This document shows, one piece after another, positions 13,690-28,788 of a DNA stretch of 64,000 nt. Source of the DNA: Octopus vulgaris (Eukaryota). Position 1 is the first letter of the stretch. Every line of letters begins with the position of its first letter. The stretch is from the NCBI GenBank assembly GCA_951406725.2, contig OX597837.1, forward strand, positions 10,478,001 to 10,542,000, in the 5' to 3' direction. Below the pieces are notes generated by a model that saw only the letters and a list, made by a program, of their open reading frames with translations, ran no database searches and was not told where the DNA came from. Both the position numbers and the translations under genes were made by a program.

Positions 13690-13975
13690 ATCAAAACCAA
13701 CATCGCCACAGCGATCCACCTCCTCATCATCCTCCTCGTCATCATCACGATTATCATCATCCTCATCATCATCATAATAATAGACATCCTCATCATGGCC
13801 ATTAACAGGAACGGCATTGTGGTCATCAATGACGTCATCGTCGATCACCAACGCAAACTACCTCATTATCGATTCTTCATCTTCCTCGCCGTCTTCATCG
13901 CCATCACCATCATCACACCACCACCACCCAAAATACCACCATCACCACCACCACCGCCATCACCACCACTATACC
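13690..13975. repeat. Degenerate (CAT/CAC)n trinucleotide repeat
   Basis: catcatcctcctcgtcatcatcac...caccaccaccaccgccatcaccacc; this explains the low-complexity ORFs here. Confidence 0.8.
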
Positions 13976-14742
13976 AATTCGAATATATTGTCAAACAAGC
14001 ATTTATCTATAATATATTGAGATATATATATATTATTTCTATATACACACACAACATTTCCAAGAAAATATATATTTACGTATGTAATTTTATGCATACC
14101 AGTGGTGCATATAATTATATACACAAACTATCAAGCAGCGAAAATATAATTACATACAATTATACAGACACACGAATATGCATACATGTAATAAATAAAT
14201 ATATATATATATATACACATATATTTGTATGTATCAATGTATATACACTCTCACACACACATTTAACTATGCATGCATACATTAAGCAAATGCATAGATG
14301 CGTATACATGTATACATGGATATCTACACATACAAGGGGTTGACTAGCATAAATATGATACGTACGTACACCCATACATTTAGGATTATCTGAACCCTCT
14401 GAAAAGAACCTTTAAACTCCCCCATTCTCTGGCATTAAAGCGACGATTTAAAAATGTCCATCATTATCATGTACATCACAATTTCTTCGTAAGTATTCGT
14501 CCCGAGTTTCTGAAACCCCCACTAAGGTGCTAGGTACCCTAACTAGGATACTAGGTACCAAAGATTTAATGTTTTGAATATAAGACAAAAAATATATCTG
14601 GGACTTCTGATGCCAATATAAAGAACCCTACGATCCCATGGCTTGGAGCCAATAGTAGGATAGGAGCCTCTACATTCTCAATAGTTCAAGTAGAAATAGC
14701 AGCCATGCTCCTCTTAAATCATTCATTGCACATATTTGTGTT

Positions 14743-14790
<48 letters not shown>

Positions 14791-15327
14791 GTTCCGAGAC
14801 CAAATCTCGCCGATGTCCCTATGTCCCTTTTTTTTTTTAAACCATCCTTATGTGTTAAAATCTTGGGTGTTTTTCGTAGGTAGAATTCTTAGGTCGCCGA
14901 ATAAGACGGATAGTTGGTGGCATAGGTTCTGACAAATGGCGTCCTGAGCAATAACTACCAACGACGGGGTCAGTTCCACCCCTACACCTGGGTCCTTTGA
15001 GCCTTTATAAAATCCATTACAAGCATTTAAAGTCAAGTCTCCGGGTTTCCTTTCCTTCCTTTATTCTTAAAGACCTCAGGACAGGAAAAACGGGTTGGGT
15101 TATTCATACCAGTTCTCTCACTGACAGTTCCTAGCTTTAACGATATCGCGAAAGGCGTGGGTGAAGACTCCACATACCGAGTTTTTCGACAGGGCTCAGA
15201 AAAAAAAAATTAAGGACTGCTGCAATAATCTGAGGTGTGACTATTTTGAATAAAACCCTACTTAACTGATCATCCTGTATTTTCTTTTACCCAAAGCGAG
15301 GGCCTTTTCAGCCCCCACCCCATCCAT

Positions 15328-15370
<43 letters not shown>

Positions 15371-15433
15371 ATATGTATGTATATTCATCAACATTATCAC
15401 CATCATCAGTTCATGTCAGTTTTCCACATGAAC

Positions 15434-15471
<38 letters not shown>

Positions 15472-15519
15472 TGTGGTGTGGTGTGGTGTGTGTGTGGTGT
15501 GGTGTGTGTGTGTCAATTT

Positions 15520-15835
15520 GCCTCCCAGCCAACCAGCCACACGGTTCTGGGTGCAGTTCTACTGCACAGCATCTTGGGCAAGAGTCTTCTACCCTAACCC
15601 TCGTCCACCCAGACCCTTGTGGGAGGATCTGGTAGAGAGAAACTGAGAGAAGCCTGTCGTGTGTGTGTATGTATGTTGCGTGCCCTCCACCACTTGTATG
15701 TATGTTGTGTGCCCTCCACCACAACTTGACTACCAGTGTTGGTACGTTTACTAACTTAACTTAGCGATTCGGCAAAACAGTGACCGATAGAGTAAGGACC
15801 AATCTTAAAAAAACAAGCACTGGGAGTCGACTCTA
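15520..15835 (+). mobile_element. SINE family A, degenerate copy
   Basis: atcttgggcaagagtcttctac, tggtagagagaaactgagagaagcctgtcg, aacttagcgattcggcaaaa. Confidence 0.7.
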
Positions 15836-16024
15836 TACATATACATACATATATACATAGATATATATATATACGTATATATACATACACACATACATAT
15901 ATATACATACGTACATATACATACACGTACATACACATATATACATACACGTACATACACATACACATACACGTACATACATATATATACATACACATAT
16001 ATACATACACGTACATACACACAT

Positions 16025-16095
<71 letters not shown>

Positions 16096-16899
16096 CACAA
16101 AGCATGTAGAAAAGTGTTTGAAAAATGCAAGCATGCAAATATGGTCGGCGGAAAAACATCCTATATTTTGTATGGACATTGACGAGAGGAGAGTAGGGTT
16201 CGATATGTGAAAAAGGTGTTTCCATGTGGCTAACGTCTCACCGTTTACTTTTTAATTGACCTGATGCTATGAACTAGTAGTGTCTATTTTGATTATGAGG
16301 TTTGAAAAGTTTCTCAAGTTCGTCACCTCATATTTGTATGCAAGTGTAGGGGTGCGCTCAAACGCATACATACATACATACATACATACATACATACATA
16401 CATACATACATACATACATACATACATACATACATACATACATACATGCATGCATGCATACATATAAAGCCATGGCTTTCACGCATGAATGCTGGGCATT
16501 CCTAAAATACACAAAAATGATGCATATATCAAATCAGATTATAATACAAATGTCTCAATTTTATGAGAGGCAGGTGAGGGCGAAGACAGTTGTTATGTAA
16601 CTTACATGAAATTTATTACTGAATTTTAAGACTGCCTATTCTCGCTTTAAGTATCCTCGTGGGGGATGTGGGGGTGAGAGAGAAAGAGAGAGAGATTGAA
16701 CAGCTTAAGTGCAAAGTGGAGAGAAAGGGGAACCAAACGTAGGAAATGAGGAGGATTCAAAGATAGGGAATTCGAAAGAAAAGACAGGTAGACGAAAGAG
16801 AGAGAGAGAGCGAGATAGACAGATAGATAGATAAGGACATAGATAAACAGATAGATAAATAGAGAGATAAGGATATAGACACAGGTATTTAGATTAGGA

Positions 16900-17220
<321 letters not shown>

Positions 17221-17546
17221 ATTTATAAACGGACATAGACATATATATAATAAATACATGTATGTATGTACGAATGTATGTGTATACACAAAACTGTATA
17301 TGCAATTAGAATATATTATTAGACAGGCAGATTGCTAGATATTTCTATAATGCAATCATATCATTCATTATCTCCAGTTTGCTCACGTCCGACATTATTG
17401 CATGTAAGAGAACAGCATGATCTAACATATTTTCTCGACATAATTTATTCACTACATGTCTATATAGGCATACATACATGTGTGTGTGTGTATATACACA
17501 CAAATACACACATACATATGCACACACATTTATATAGGTCTTATAT

Positions 17547-17582
<36 letters not shown>

Positions 17583-17629
17583 GAGATAGAGAGATAGAGA
17601 GAGAGAGAGAGATAGATAGAGAGATAGAT

Positions 17630-17688
<59 letters not shown>

Positions 17689-17874
17689 AGAGAGATTTCA
17701 TACTTTTACGACATAGACTGACAGTGACTTCGAAGTAATTCTTCAGTTTAATTCTAGGATATTTTAATTTTAACTCGCCATGCAATAATACGTGTGTCTA
17801 CACACACATACACACACGTATCTATATACATGGATATATACACATTTGTATCTATATACATACAGACGCATACG

Positions 17875-17912
<38 letters not shown>

Positions 17913-18825
17913 GGATATATACACATACAGACACACTCATACATACGTATAATATAGTGTGTATATATATATATATATTGTACGTATACACATACATTTA
18001 CGTTCGCCGTCTTGGTTACTTGCCGCCCACACGTATACACATACTACAGGCTTCCGTACAGTTTCCGCCCACCACCGTCCACACTCGAATGCTATTTGTC
18101 AACAACAAGCCACTGCAGAAAACATCCTCCCAGGCTGCCGCGCAGTGAACCTCAAATCGGAGACGCCTACATGCAAAGCGATCTTCTTTCTAATCTGTAC
18201 GGTTATGCCATCCGTCTAATACAAACTATATGGTAGATAGAATTCAATGTGACACAAGTACGACTGACCAATGTCCTTTATATGCGACTCAAAAGAGTAC
18301 ACTTTCTGCATTTAAAGAGTTAAGTTTGTCGAGTCCTGTTCCGTTTGTTGCTAGCAGTATTAAGCACAATGACATACTGTAATTTTAGCCTATGTTATGA
18401 TTATGATGATGATAATAACAATAATAATAATAATAATAATCCTTTGTACTAAAAGACACAAGGCTTAAAATTTGGGTGTGAACTAGTCGATTAGATCGAC
18501 CCCAAAAGGATGAAAGGCAAAGTCGATCTCTTTGGAATTTGAATTCAGAAAGTAGCGACGGGCGAAATACCGCTAAGTTTTTTTTGTCCGGCGCCTCAAT
18601 AATAATAATATTAATAATAATTATAATAACAATGTGTGTGTGTATGTATGTATGTATATAAATATTTATATGCAACGGATGTGAAATATAATATATACAA
18701 TGTGTATAATATGTACAAATGCGTTTTGATTTCTATATAGTATAAACATACATATATACATATAACATGTGTATAATCTAAAATGTGTATCTGTTCTTTT
18801 ATCTGTTATTTGACCCCAGCCAGAC

Positions 18826-18878
<53 letters not shown>

Positions 18879-19023
18879 TTTCATCACCGCTTGATAAGCA
18901 GTACTGCTTTGCTTTTACATGCCATAACTGAGCGGTTCGACAAAGAGACCCAAGAGAATAAGTATAGGCTTAGAGAGGAAACGTGTACTGGATTCGATTT
19001 GTTCGACTAAAAACCTTCAAGGC

Positions 19024-19498
19024 CGGTACTCCAGCATGGCCGCTATCTAATGAGATGGAATGCTTCGGTGCCCCAGCATGACCGTTGTCTAACGACTGCA
19101 ATGCTTCGGTACCCCAGCATGGCCGCTGTCTAATGACTGGAAATCTCTCGGTGCCCCAGCATGGCCACTCTCTAATGAATGGAATGCTTCGGTGTTCCAG
19201 CATGGTCGCTATCTAATAATGCATGGAATACTTCCGTGCCCCATCATGGACGCTGTCTAATGACTGGAATGATTCGATGCCCCAGCATGGCCACTATCTA
19301 AAGCATGGAATACTTCCGTGCCCCAGCATGGCCGCTTCGGTGCCCCAGCATGGCCGCTATCTAATGATTGCACTGCTTCGGTGTTCCAGCATGGCCGCTA
19401 TCTAATGAGTGGAATACTCCGGTGCCTCAGCATGGCCGCTGTCCAATGACTGGAATGCTTCGATGCCCCAGCATGGCCGCTGTCTAATGACTGGAATG
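19024..19498 (+). repeat. Tandem array of ~12 x 41 bp derived from the SINE family A 3' end
   Basis: Unit cggtgccccagcatggccgctgtctaatgactggaatgctt; cagcatg cores at 19032, 19074, 19115, 19157, 19198 and on to ~19469. Directly continues a family A body at ~18870-19030. Confidence 0.9.
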
Positions 19499-19734
19499 TC
19501 TCAAGTTTCGTATTTTAGACCTTCACTTTCCTATAACTTGAGGGTCGTTCGAGAAAAGCTTCAGACGAATTTGGTGGTTTTAGGTGCCAAGAAATCCCCT
19601 TCTGCTTTACTCGATAAATCACTTAAGATTAAGGCAGGGATTAAAGAACTTATTGTCTCCATTAAATCGCATACAACACAGAAATCGTATGTGTGTATTT
19701 CGAACTTTTCCACATAGACGTAGGCCCGACTGCA

Positions 19735-20033
19735 TGTGACAACTGAGATTGCTTCCCAGCCGCATGTTTCACTGTGGCTCGGGTTTCACTGCCACTGTGC
19801 GCCCCATCGGTGCCTGTCTTCTGGTTATATAGTGTGCGTTTCTATTTGTTTGTCCCCACCACCATTTGACAACCGGTGCTGGAGTGTTTATATCTCAGAC
19901 CCATAATAGTTCGACAAAAGATAGCGATAGAATACCAAGCTTTATAACAATAATACTGAAGTGATTTGTTCGACTAAGGTTCTTCAACGCGGTGCCCCAG
20001 CATGACCGCAGCTTACATCATGAAACAAGTAAG
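19735..20033 (+). mobile_element. SINE family A, degenerate copy
   Basis: tttgacaaccggtgctggagtgttta; gatttgttcgactaa; cggtgccccagcatgaccgcag; gaaacaagtaa. Confidence 0.7.
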
Positions 20034-20216
20034 ACAGTCAAGTTTTATGAGAGGCTTATACAGAGATGACGGCGTTTAAGATTCATTTAGTACGATTACT
20101 CATGAAGAAGAAAAATTCGGAAATGAACATTAATTTCAGTGAAATAGGAACAGCAATTACAATTATTATTAATCTACTTTTCTATATCACCTCAAATTTA
20201 TCCAAAAACGCATTAA

Positions 20217-20416
20217 CCCTTTTGTTACCGTATTTATTTTGAGGTACTCTGTGTGTCTTTCAATTAATTTTAAATATAACAAAGAATTTGGTAAAATAGC
20301 TTAGTTATCATTAAGCTAGTGTTAGGAACAGATTATGACTAAGGTTTGGTGGAAGAAAAAAAGACATTTGTACGAGAGGTCCAGAGGCGGTTTCAGCTGG
20401 GTTGGTATCGAAAGAG
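20217..20416. mobile_element. piggyBac-like MITE
   Basis: Flanked by TTAA (20213-20216 and 20417-20420); termini cccttttgttacc ... ggtatcgaaagag (10/13 inverted match). Confidence 0.7.
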
Positions 20417-21059
20417 TTAAAATTATATTTATATATTTAAAGTAATGCAATCACTTGCGCTAAAATTTGCCCTGGAAATTTATCCGTTTGCTTTCAAGAC
20501 ACTCTTGGCTTACGCATTAGTCTGAGTTGACGGGCTTTATTATAAGCATGCTTCAAACTATCCCCTTTTTAATTATGCATCACCAAAGGGATGGTTTCAT
20601 GAATATTCTAAATATTCTTTAACAATAGGGATATTTTGACCTCTGGCCTACGCAAAGTAAAGTGTTTGCTATGCCCAAGACTTCTTTACAGGGTTATCGT
20701 AATCGGTTCCTGAATGCTTGCAACTAATGGATTCAAGAAGCACAAACATGAACAATACCACCATGGGGCCTGCTACTATACACTAAACTTCAGCCAAACT
20801 TCAACCATGAAGCTACCATGGAAAACGGACGTGAAACGGTGATGATGATGATGATATATATATATATATATACACGCGCGCGTCCATCAAATCCACTCGC
20901 GAGGCCTTGGTCAACCCGAGGCTATAGTAGAAGACATAGAAGCCCGGAACCATGTGATCGGGAAGCAAGCTTCTTACCACAAAGTACATTCATCATCCTC
21001 ATCATCCTCCAGCGCCTGGCTTCCAAGCTGGGACCATCGAGATTTGGAGTCAAAAAAAT

Positions 21060-21390
21060 ATTCTTTTCTACTCTATGCACAAGACCCGAAATTTAGGGGT
21101 TGGGGAAGCAATCGATAAGATCAACCCTAGTACGCAACTGATACTTTATTTATCGACCCGAAAGGGTTGAAAAGCGGAATTTGAACTCAGAACGTAAAGA
21201 CAGGCGAAATACCTATTTCTTTACTACCCACAAGGGGCTAAACAGAGAGTGGACAAACAATGACAGACAAAGGGATTAAGTCGATTACATCGACCCCGGT
21301 ACTTAATTTATCGACCCCGAAAGGATGAAAGGCAAAGTCGACCTCGGCGGAATTTGAGCTCACAACGTAACGGCAGGCGAAATGCCGCTA
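21060..21390 (-). mobile_element. SINE family B, internally duplicated (dimeric) copy
   Basis: Two successive tttatcgaccc...gaatttga.ctc blocks joined at gcgaaatacc|tatttctttac (~21210). Confidence 0.85.
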
Positions 21391-21398
21391 AATAGTTA

Positions 21399-21430
<32 letters not shown>

Positions 21431-21586
21431 GTGTGTGTGTGTCTCTGTCTGTCTGTCGGTCGGTCTCTGTGTGTCAATGTTTCAGAATGTAGTTTTAAGT
21501 TAGAAAGAATTCCAGATTTTCCAAAAGCCAGTTGCTGTTATTTAATTGATTGGAGATAAGAATTGGAGCTTTTGATTTAAACTCAA

Positions 21587-21659
21587 ACCACCACCACCAA
21601 CACCACCACCACCACCACCACCACCACCACCACCACCACCACCACCACCACCACCACCA
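21587..21659. repeat. (CCA)n microsatellite
   Basis: Near-perfect CCA run. Confidence 0.95.
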
Positions 21660-21803
21660 GTAGTAGTAATAGAAGTAGTAGTAGCATCAGCATTGAATCG
21701 TAGTGGTGGTAGCAGTGTTAGTAGTAATAATAGGGATAGTAGTAGTCGTAGATTTAAATTTTGACCAATTATATACATATATATATATATTTTATCATCA
21801 GGC

Positions 21804-22180
21804 TGTTTGTCATTAGACTGCGGCCATGCTGGGGCACTATCTTGAAGAACCTTTAGCCGAAGGAATGGACCCTACTACACTGCTTTTCTTTAAGCCTGGT
21901 ACTTATATCGGTGTTTTCGCCGAACTGCCAAGTTACCGGGACGTAAACAAAACATCCCCGGCTGGCTGTCAAGCGGCGGGTGGGGGGGGACAGTCACACA
22001 CACACTATACATACATTTTAAATATATATATATATATATAATGTTAGACGGGTTTCTTTAAGTTTCCATCTACTAAATCCAATTACAAAGCTTACACGAA
22101 GTACAAGACACGCAGTGGGATTGAACCTGAAACCATGTTGTTCAAAAACGGGCTTCTTACCACTCAGCCACACCTGCGCC
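21804..22180 (-). mobile_element. SINE family A copy
   Basis: gactgcggccatgctggggcac ... gtttccatctactaaatcc ... cttaccactcagccacacctgcgcc. Confidence 0.8.
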
Positions 22181-23035
22181 TATACACACACACATACACA
22201 CAAATACAAGATATCGTCCCTACAGATCTACAGCGACTCAGTTTAGCCCAGTCTAGCTGTCCCCATTTAAAAAGGGACAAGAGGGGATAAGAAATAAACC
22301 CTTTCGCACGTCATGTTAGCTGCTTGTAAAAGACTGTAAGGTATGGTTGCTCTTAACAGCAGCAGGACCGCTCGATCGGGATCGTCCTAGGGTTAAATAA
22401 CAACAATAAAAAGAGGGGGGACTTGACATGGTCGTTCAACAGGTTACTAGAAATAATAGCTAAATCCGCCTCAATTTCACATACATCTTTGTACCGTTTT
22501 GGAAGAGTGCATGTTGCAGAGTGTGTGTTCGTTGCGTTTGCGGTGTATAGTGTGTGTATGTGTATATATAAAAGATGGGATGGTCACGAATCGGAATGTC
22601 TTTGATCACTAAATAGGTTCTGTTCGCTGGGGGTTAACGACGACGTCGATGGCGGCGGATGCGGCGGCGTCGGCAGCGGCTGCATTGACATGGCTGATCG
22701 ATCCTTTCTGCTATCGACACGAAATATCTCGACAGATACACAGACACACACAGAAAAGAGAGACAGGAAATAGCGAGAGGAGGAGGAGGAGGAGGCGGAG
22801 GAAGTGTAGAGCTTAGAGAGACGGGAGGAGTAGGTGGAGGAGAAGGAAGAAAGGGGATTTGTTAGTGTCCCTTTTAGAACCGCCCTACCGATCAGGTTAC
22901 AGGGGAATAGGGGTTTCAAAAAGGGCGTAACACTTTTTCCCGCTTCCCAATCTTTTTCTTTCTCCGTCTCTCTTTCTCATGCACACAGCCTGTGTAGCGT
23001 GGTTTTATACCCATCTATAATACGAGTGTGTATGC

Positions 23036-23076
<41 letters not shown>

Positions 23077-23516
23077 ACTATATATACGTTTATATGCAGC
23101 ATACAGACCATCTAAATGCTTTTTATGAGTATTTTGTTTTTTCATTCGGCCTGACATACGTCTTTTTTATACATGTATGAATTATATATTACATACGAGT
23201 GTATATGAATATGTATTTATGAAGCGAAATGTTACAATCAACAATGCGACTGTTGGAAATAAATCATCTCTCTAATATGGCCGCCGAAAGCGCTACAATC
23301 ACAAGCGCACGCACGCACATATACACACACGCAACACGAATTCTCATGAAAAATGCGGGTGTATATTTTCAATGGCTGTGTGTGTACGTATATATGTGTG
23401 TATGTATATATATTCTTTTAATGAAACTCATATTAGAAAGCTCTACCAAAGAAAGATGCTATCTTTTAGTTAACGACATACAACGATATACATACATTAT
23501 ATATATATATACATAC

Positions 23517-23580
<64 letters not shown>

Positions 23581-24045
23581 CCGTGGAATAAAATAAGGAA
23601 GTGCCAAAGGCGGTACAACATGGGTCGAGGCTAACTTGGGACAAAATACAAACAATAAAAAAAAAACCAGTAATCGACATACCGACGGAAATGTTCAACT
23701 TTATGGAAGTGAAAAAAAAAATTAAGATGGCGGGTCCACCCATGAATCAGGAAATTTGAGAGGAACTCTTCACTCTTTTATTTTCATATAAAAAAAAGTT
23801 ATTAGGGATTTTATTGTACTTCGTCGTATCTTTAGTAGCGAGCAGGCATCAACACCACAGCACTTAGGTTCAAGTTTCGATACATCGAAATATATAATTA
23901 TAGCTATTTGTATATCTATATCATACACATGCATGCACACGGTGTAGATAGATTAGATAGATAGATAGAGATAGCTAGGTAGATTGATAGATAGATAGAT
24001 AGATAGATAGATACATAGATAGATAGATAGATAGATAGGTAGATT

Positions 24046-24086
<41 letters not shown>

Positions 24087-24149
24087 GCAGATAGATGAAT
24101 AGAGTGTTTGCATAAATGTACACACACACACGTGCCTGTGTATATACAC

Positions 24150-24243
<94 letters not shown>

Positions 24244-25007
24244 ATATGCACTTGTCTACATACACAGTTGATGTATATATATATGTGTGTGTATACGTAC
24301 ATATACACATACGAATGTGTATAAATATATTTATATGTACGTATATAGATATAGGTATACAAATATGCAACATACACATGCATTATACATACATGTATAT
24401 GTACACGTGTATACACACATTTACACATCCATTGCACATACATAAATCTACACATATACATACATATATGTGTATGAATGTATATACACCCATACCTATA
24501 CAACATGTACACAAATGTGTATATATGTGTGTAATACATATAGACAATATATGCCACAGTAAGTCGGGAGAGTAAAGGAGCCGGGTTCAATCACACACCA
24601 CGTAGATTTTCGACAATTATATTCTCAATACCCGGAAACCGCGTCGATATTGGTCGGGTGGATGCACTTGCCATTCCGATGGACAGCCCGTCCCACGCTG
24701 TTCCTGCCTTAGAATTACGCTAAGGGCAGACATATTTAAGGAATGCTTAAATTCTGACGCAAACATCCCACTCTTCGTCGAAACCGACGGAAAACCACCA
24801 TACTATATAATAATGGTTTCTACTATATACACAAGGTTTGAAATTTAGTGGGGAGAAAGGTCCATCGATGGTATCGACCTCAGTAATTGGCTGCCACTTA
24901 TTCCACAAGCCCCAAGAGGCTTCAAGACATGAAGTCGAACTAAATACCGATCGGCATTTTGTCCGGAGCGGTAATAGTTCTCCCAGTACGCCGCTATATA
25001 ATAGGTT

Positions 25008-25043
<36 letters not shown>

Positions 25044-25045
<2 letters not shown>

Positions 25046-25207
25046 GTATTTTAACGTGTATAAGAAACCCCTTTTTGGGGGGGGGGCTTAAAGTCTGGAA
25101 AAAAGTTTTGTTAGGGATTATGATACTATCCATGTATAGGAAACTCCCATATTATTTTAACCTAATTTTTGACAAAAAAATGGTTCCTTATACATGTTAA
25201 GGTACGG
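25044..25207. mobile_element. Tc1/mariner-superfamily (Tc2/pogo-like) MITE
   Basis: TIRs ccgtattttaacgtgtataag ... cttatacatgttaaggtacgg (18/21); left flank TA within an (AT)n tract, right flank TG. Confidence 0.7.
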
Positions 25208-25266
25208 TGTGTATGTATAAATGAGTGAATATGTATACACACACACACATTATATATATATATATA

Positions 25267-25463
25267 ATCTTTTATTCGTTTCAGTCATTTGACTGCGGCC
25301 ATGCTGGACGGAGCACCGCCTTTATTCGAGCAAATCGACCCCAGTACTTATTGTTTGTAAGCCTAGTACTTATTCTATCGGTCTCATTTGCTGAATCGCT
25401 AAGTTACGAGACCTAAACACATCAGCATCGATGACAAGTGATGTTGGGGGAGGACACACAAAC

Positions 25464-25526
<63 letters not shown>

Positions 25527-25690
25527 TATACACGACGGGCTTCTTTTCAGTTTCCGTCTACCAAATCCACTCACAAGGCTTTGGTCGGCCCGAGGCTATA
25601 GTAGAAGACACTTGCCCAAGGTGCCACGCAATGGGATTGAACCATGAGGTTGGTTAGCAAACTACTTACCACAAAGCCACTCGTGCCCCA
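25267..25690 (-). mobile_element. SINE family A, near full-length copy
   Basis: Tail tttcagtcatttgactgcggccatgctgga through head ctacttaccacaaagccactc, with an expanded internal (AT)n. Confidence 0.9.
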
Positions 25691-26138
25691 GCGTGGCCAC
25701 AGCCTTAGGGCTGAAAAAAATAATTATACACACACACACAAACTGTGCAATTGTGTATGTATCCATGTACGTATATGTGTGTAAGCTTTACATTAATTAT
25801 ATAAACATGTATATATACATGTTTGTAAACATCCCAATTTCAAATGATGCTGCCGCAACGACCAACCAATGCCTAGAACTCAATGTCCAAATTCCAATCA
25901 GGAATTGAAACATAATTTGTCCTCCAAATACCTTTTCGCTTTGTATATACGCTTGGACAATAATAGAAGAATGTATGTATACAAGTGAACAGAAATACGT
26001 AGCACATGCGCGTTTATACATACATATATTCATACATACATACATACATACATTACATACATGCATACATACATGCATGCATACATACATACATCCATGC
26101 ATACATACATACATGCATGCATACATACATACGTGTGT

Positions 26139-26175
<37 letters not shown>

Positions 26176-26444
26176 CCTGTAAGGTTAACAAGTCACAGTG
26201 TGGTTATTTATTATGAATCTAGGACATTTATCCCCCCCCCTCCATGGACAAAAACCACCCCCAAAGGTCAGTTACCCCTGAGGACAACAGATGATGATTT
26301 AAAACTGCCTAATATATTGTCCCAGGAGGTAGATGTCGTCGGTGCAGGGCGGGCGGAATTGTCCCACGGGGGCTAATTCTAATGATATGTTATTCATAAA
26401 GATATGAATACATATATTGCAGAGATAAGTATCTTGTCGATGTG

Positions 26445-26490
<46 letters not shown>

Positions 26491-26702
26491 GACAGATAGA
26501 TAGGTAGACGGGTGGGTGGGTAGATAGATAGATAAACATCGATAAACTGTGGAAGGGTGACGATAGGATCGAACCCAGAAGTATCTTGCAAGTTGCTTCC
26601 CCAGCATGGTTTGGAATCCGATAAGTGATGCCAACAAATGGATAAAAATGTACACGTGTATATACATACACGTGTGTGTGTATGTGCAGATATAAATCAA
26701 AT

Positions 26703-26740
<38 letters not shown>

Positions 26741-26790
26741 GTACATATATGAGTAAGACTGCGTGTGTATGCATATGTATAAATACAAAT

Positions 26791-26859
<69 letters not shown>

Positions 26860-27206
26860 ATGATGTGATATGAACGTATGAAATACACACATGAATGCAC
26901 TTATACACACATGAATACATATATACACACACATATTAAAGGGCATATTATGCCCCATTCAGAAAGGAGAAAGCAGGTCAGACCCTTCAGAAATACAATT
27001 CTATCTTTGTGGCGTCTCACATCAGCAGAGTCATGGATTGCATTGATAGAAGGCAGTTCCTTGAAGGTAACTACATACTGACACACAACATGGCTTCTTC
27101 CGTCGACAAAAGATTTCCTTCTCAAAGGATTTCCTTCCACACAGCTTGCTACGTCATTTTGACTCGATAAAGTCCTTTGAAAATTATTGATCTCGAAAGG
27201 ACACGT

Positions 27207-27740
27207 CACAAACTGATTGACCTCGGTATACTTGAAAAACTAGGGGAACGGCTTGCAGGACGTTTTCGAAAGGTAGAAATCAAGCAGTGCCAGCTAACGT
27301 TGGTGTCTCTGAGGAGATATCATTTCTAAGCGGAGTCCTCCAGGGAAACTGTACTGGGACCGTTGTTTGAGATAGCGCTGTGGCTCTCTCTCTCTCACTC
27401 TCTCTTCTCTCCTGACCAATCTACGCTAACAATACAAAAGCCTTAGAAACAGTCAAGAACTCTAATGATAATGCCATCCTACAGAAAGACCTGAATTCAA
27501 TACGTTAATCAGCTGAAGTAAACTGCACAATTCGGTGTCATTGGCCCACAGATTAGGATGAAGATGCTGGTACACAAGACCAAGGGTTGGGAATCGCCAT
27601 GAATGGTGATACATCATTCATTGTACACATTCCGCAGACGGTAACAATATGCAGACGATTCGCTTGGTTGGATCATAAGATCATTCAAAACAAAACGTGA
27701 GAAAAACCATGTTGGTCTTGTGAGGAAATATTAGTTACTC
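27207..27740 (+). pseudogene. Decayed CR1/L2-type LINE reverse transcriptase fragment
   Basis: Piecewise translation: HKLIDLGILEKLGERL..GRNQAV; SGVLQG/(frameshift)TVLGPLF (cf. SGVPQGxVLGPLLF); YANNTK (cf. YADDTK); ILQKDLNSI; GWIIRSFKT. Contains stops and frameshifts and has no intact ORF. Confidence 0.8.
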
Positions 27741-28709
27741 AGTCCAGCAAATTTATTTTCACGTTTATGCAGCGAACGGTTTTATTTCACCCACTAACGC
27801 TTTTGCAGCTAATAAGAGGTCGTCTGCTTATTAAACATTTATTTTCATTTGCCTTCTCCTGCGTTATTTCTGATATATTTTCAATAAATTATAAAGAGAA
27901 GAGACAAAGAGAAGTAGACCCAATACAGAGCCTTGGGCAACACCACAAATAATGAGATTTTTAAGAATTTTTGTGGATTTTTCGAAAAACAACATGGCGG
28001 CAATCTCATTTACAGGCGAACGCTATGCCCAGTGCAATAGTCTTCCACGGTTGTCTCCAGTATTTTAACTATGAATTGCTGTCATCCATTATGTGGAAGG
28101 CGGTGTCTGTCTCCTCCCCACAAATTAATAAAAATGTTGTCAAGTTGGTAGAGATGCTTTTTCTGCTGAAGCAGGCATTTGTCTGCTACATAAGCAATTG
28201 TGCAGGTGGAAGTTTGAGAGGATATGGAACTTGAGAAATACAGGTATTCACGATGCCATCATTCACAGATTATTTTTATAATAACAACAACAACAATAAT
28301 AATAATTATCATTATTATTACTATTATTATTATTATTATTATTACATATATATATAATGCATGTATATGTGTGTATGCACACACATACATAAAGATTAAT
28401 ACAGGTATATACATATGTATATAATATACATATATTGACACATGTATATATGTGTGTGTGTATATTTATATGTATGTGCATACACGTATGTATATATATA
28501 TACACACACATACATATATATATACACACATACATATATATATATACACACATACATATATATATATACACACATACATATATATATATACACACATACA
28601 TATATATATATATACACACATACATATATATATATATACACACACATACATATATATATATACACACAGATACATATATATATATACACACAAATACATA
28701 TATATATAT

Positions 28710-28742
<33 letters not shown>

Positions 28743-28788
28743 CACACATACATATATATATATATACACACACACATACATATATATA

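Noticed and set aside
13672-14343. 223-aa ORF with hydrophobic and Pro-rich stretches resembling a membrane protein
   Set aside because: Derived from a degenerate (CAT/CAC)n repeat and TA-rich low complexity; it starts at GTG.
19024-19498. CRISPR-like regularly spaced repeats
   Set aside because: Units are contiguous with no unique spacers, derive from a SINE tail, and there are no cas genes; the context is eukaryotic.
26219-26380. ggaca...cccc / gggg...tgtcc sub-terminal-like inverted motifs
   Set aside because: Possibly a decayed DNA transposon, but no termini or TSD could be defined.
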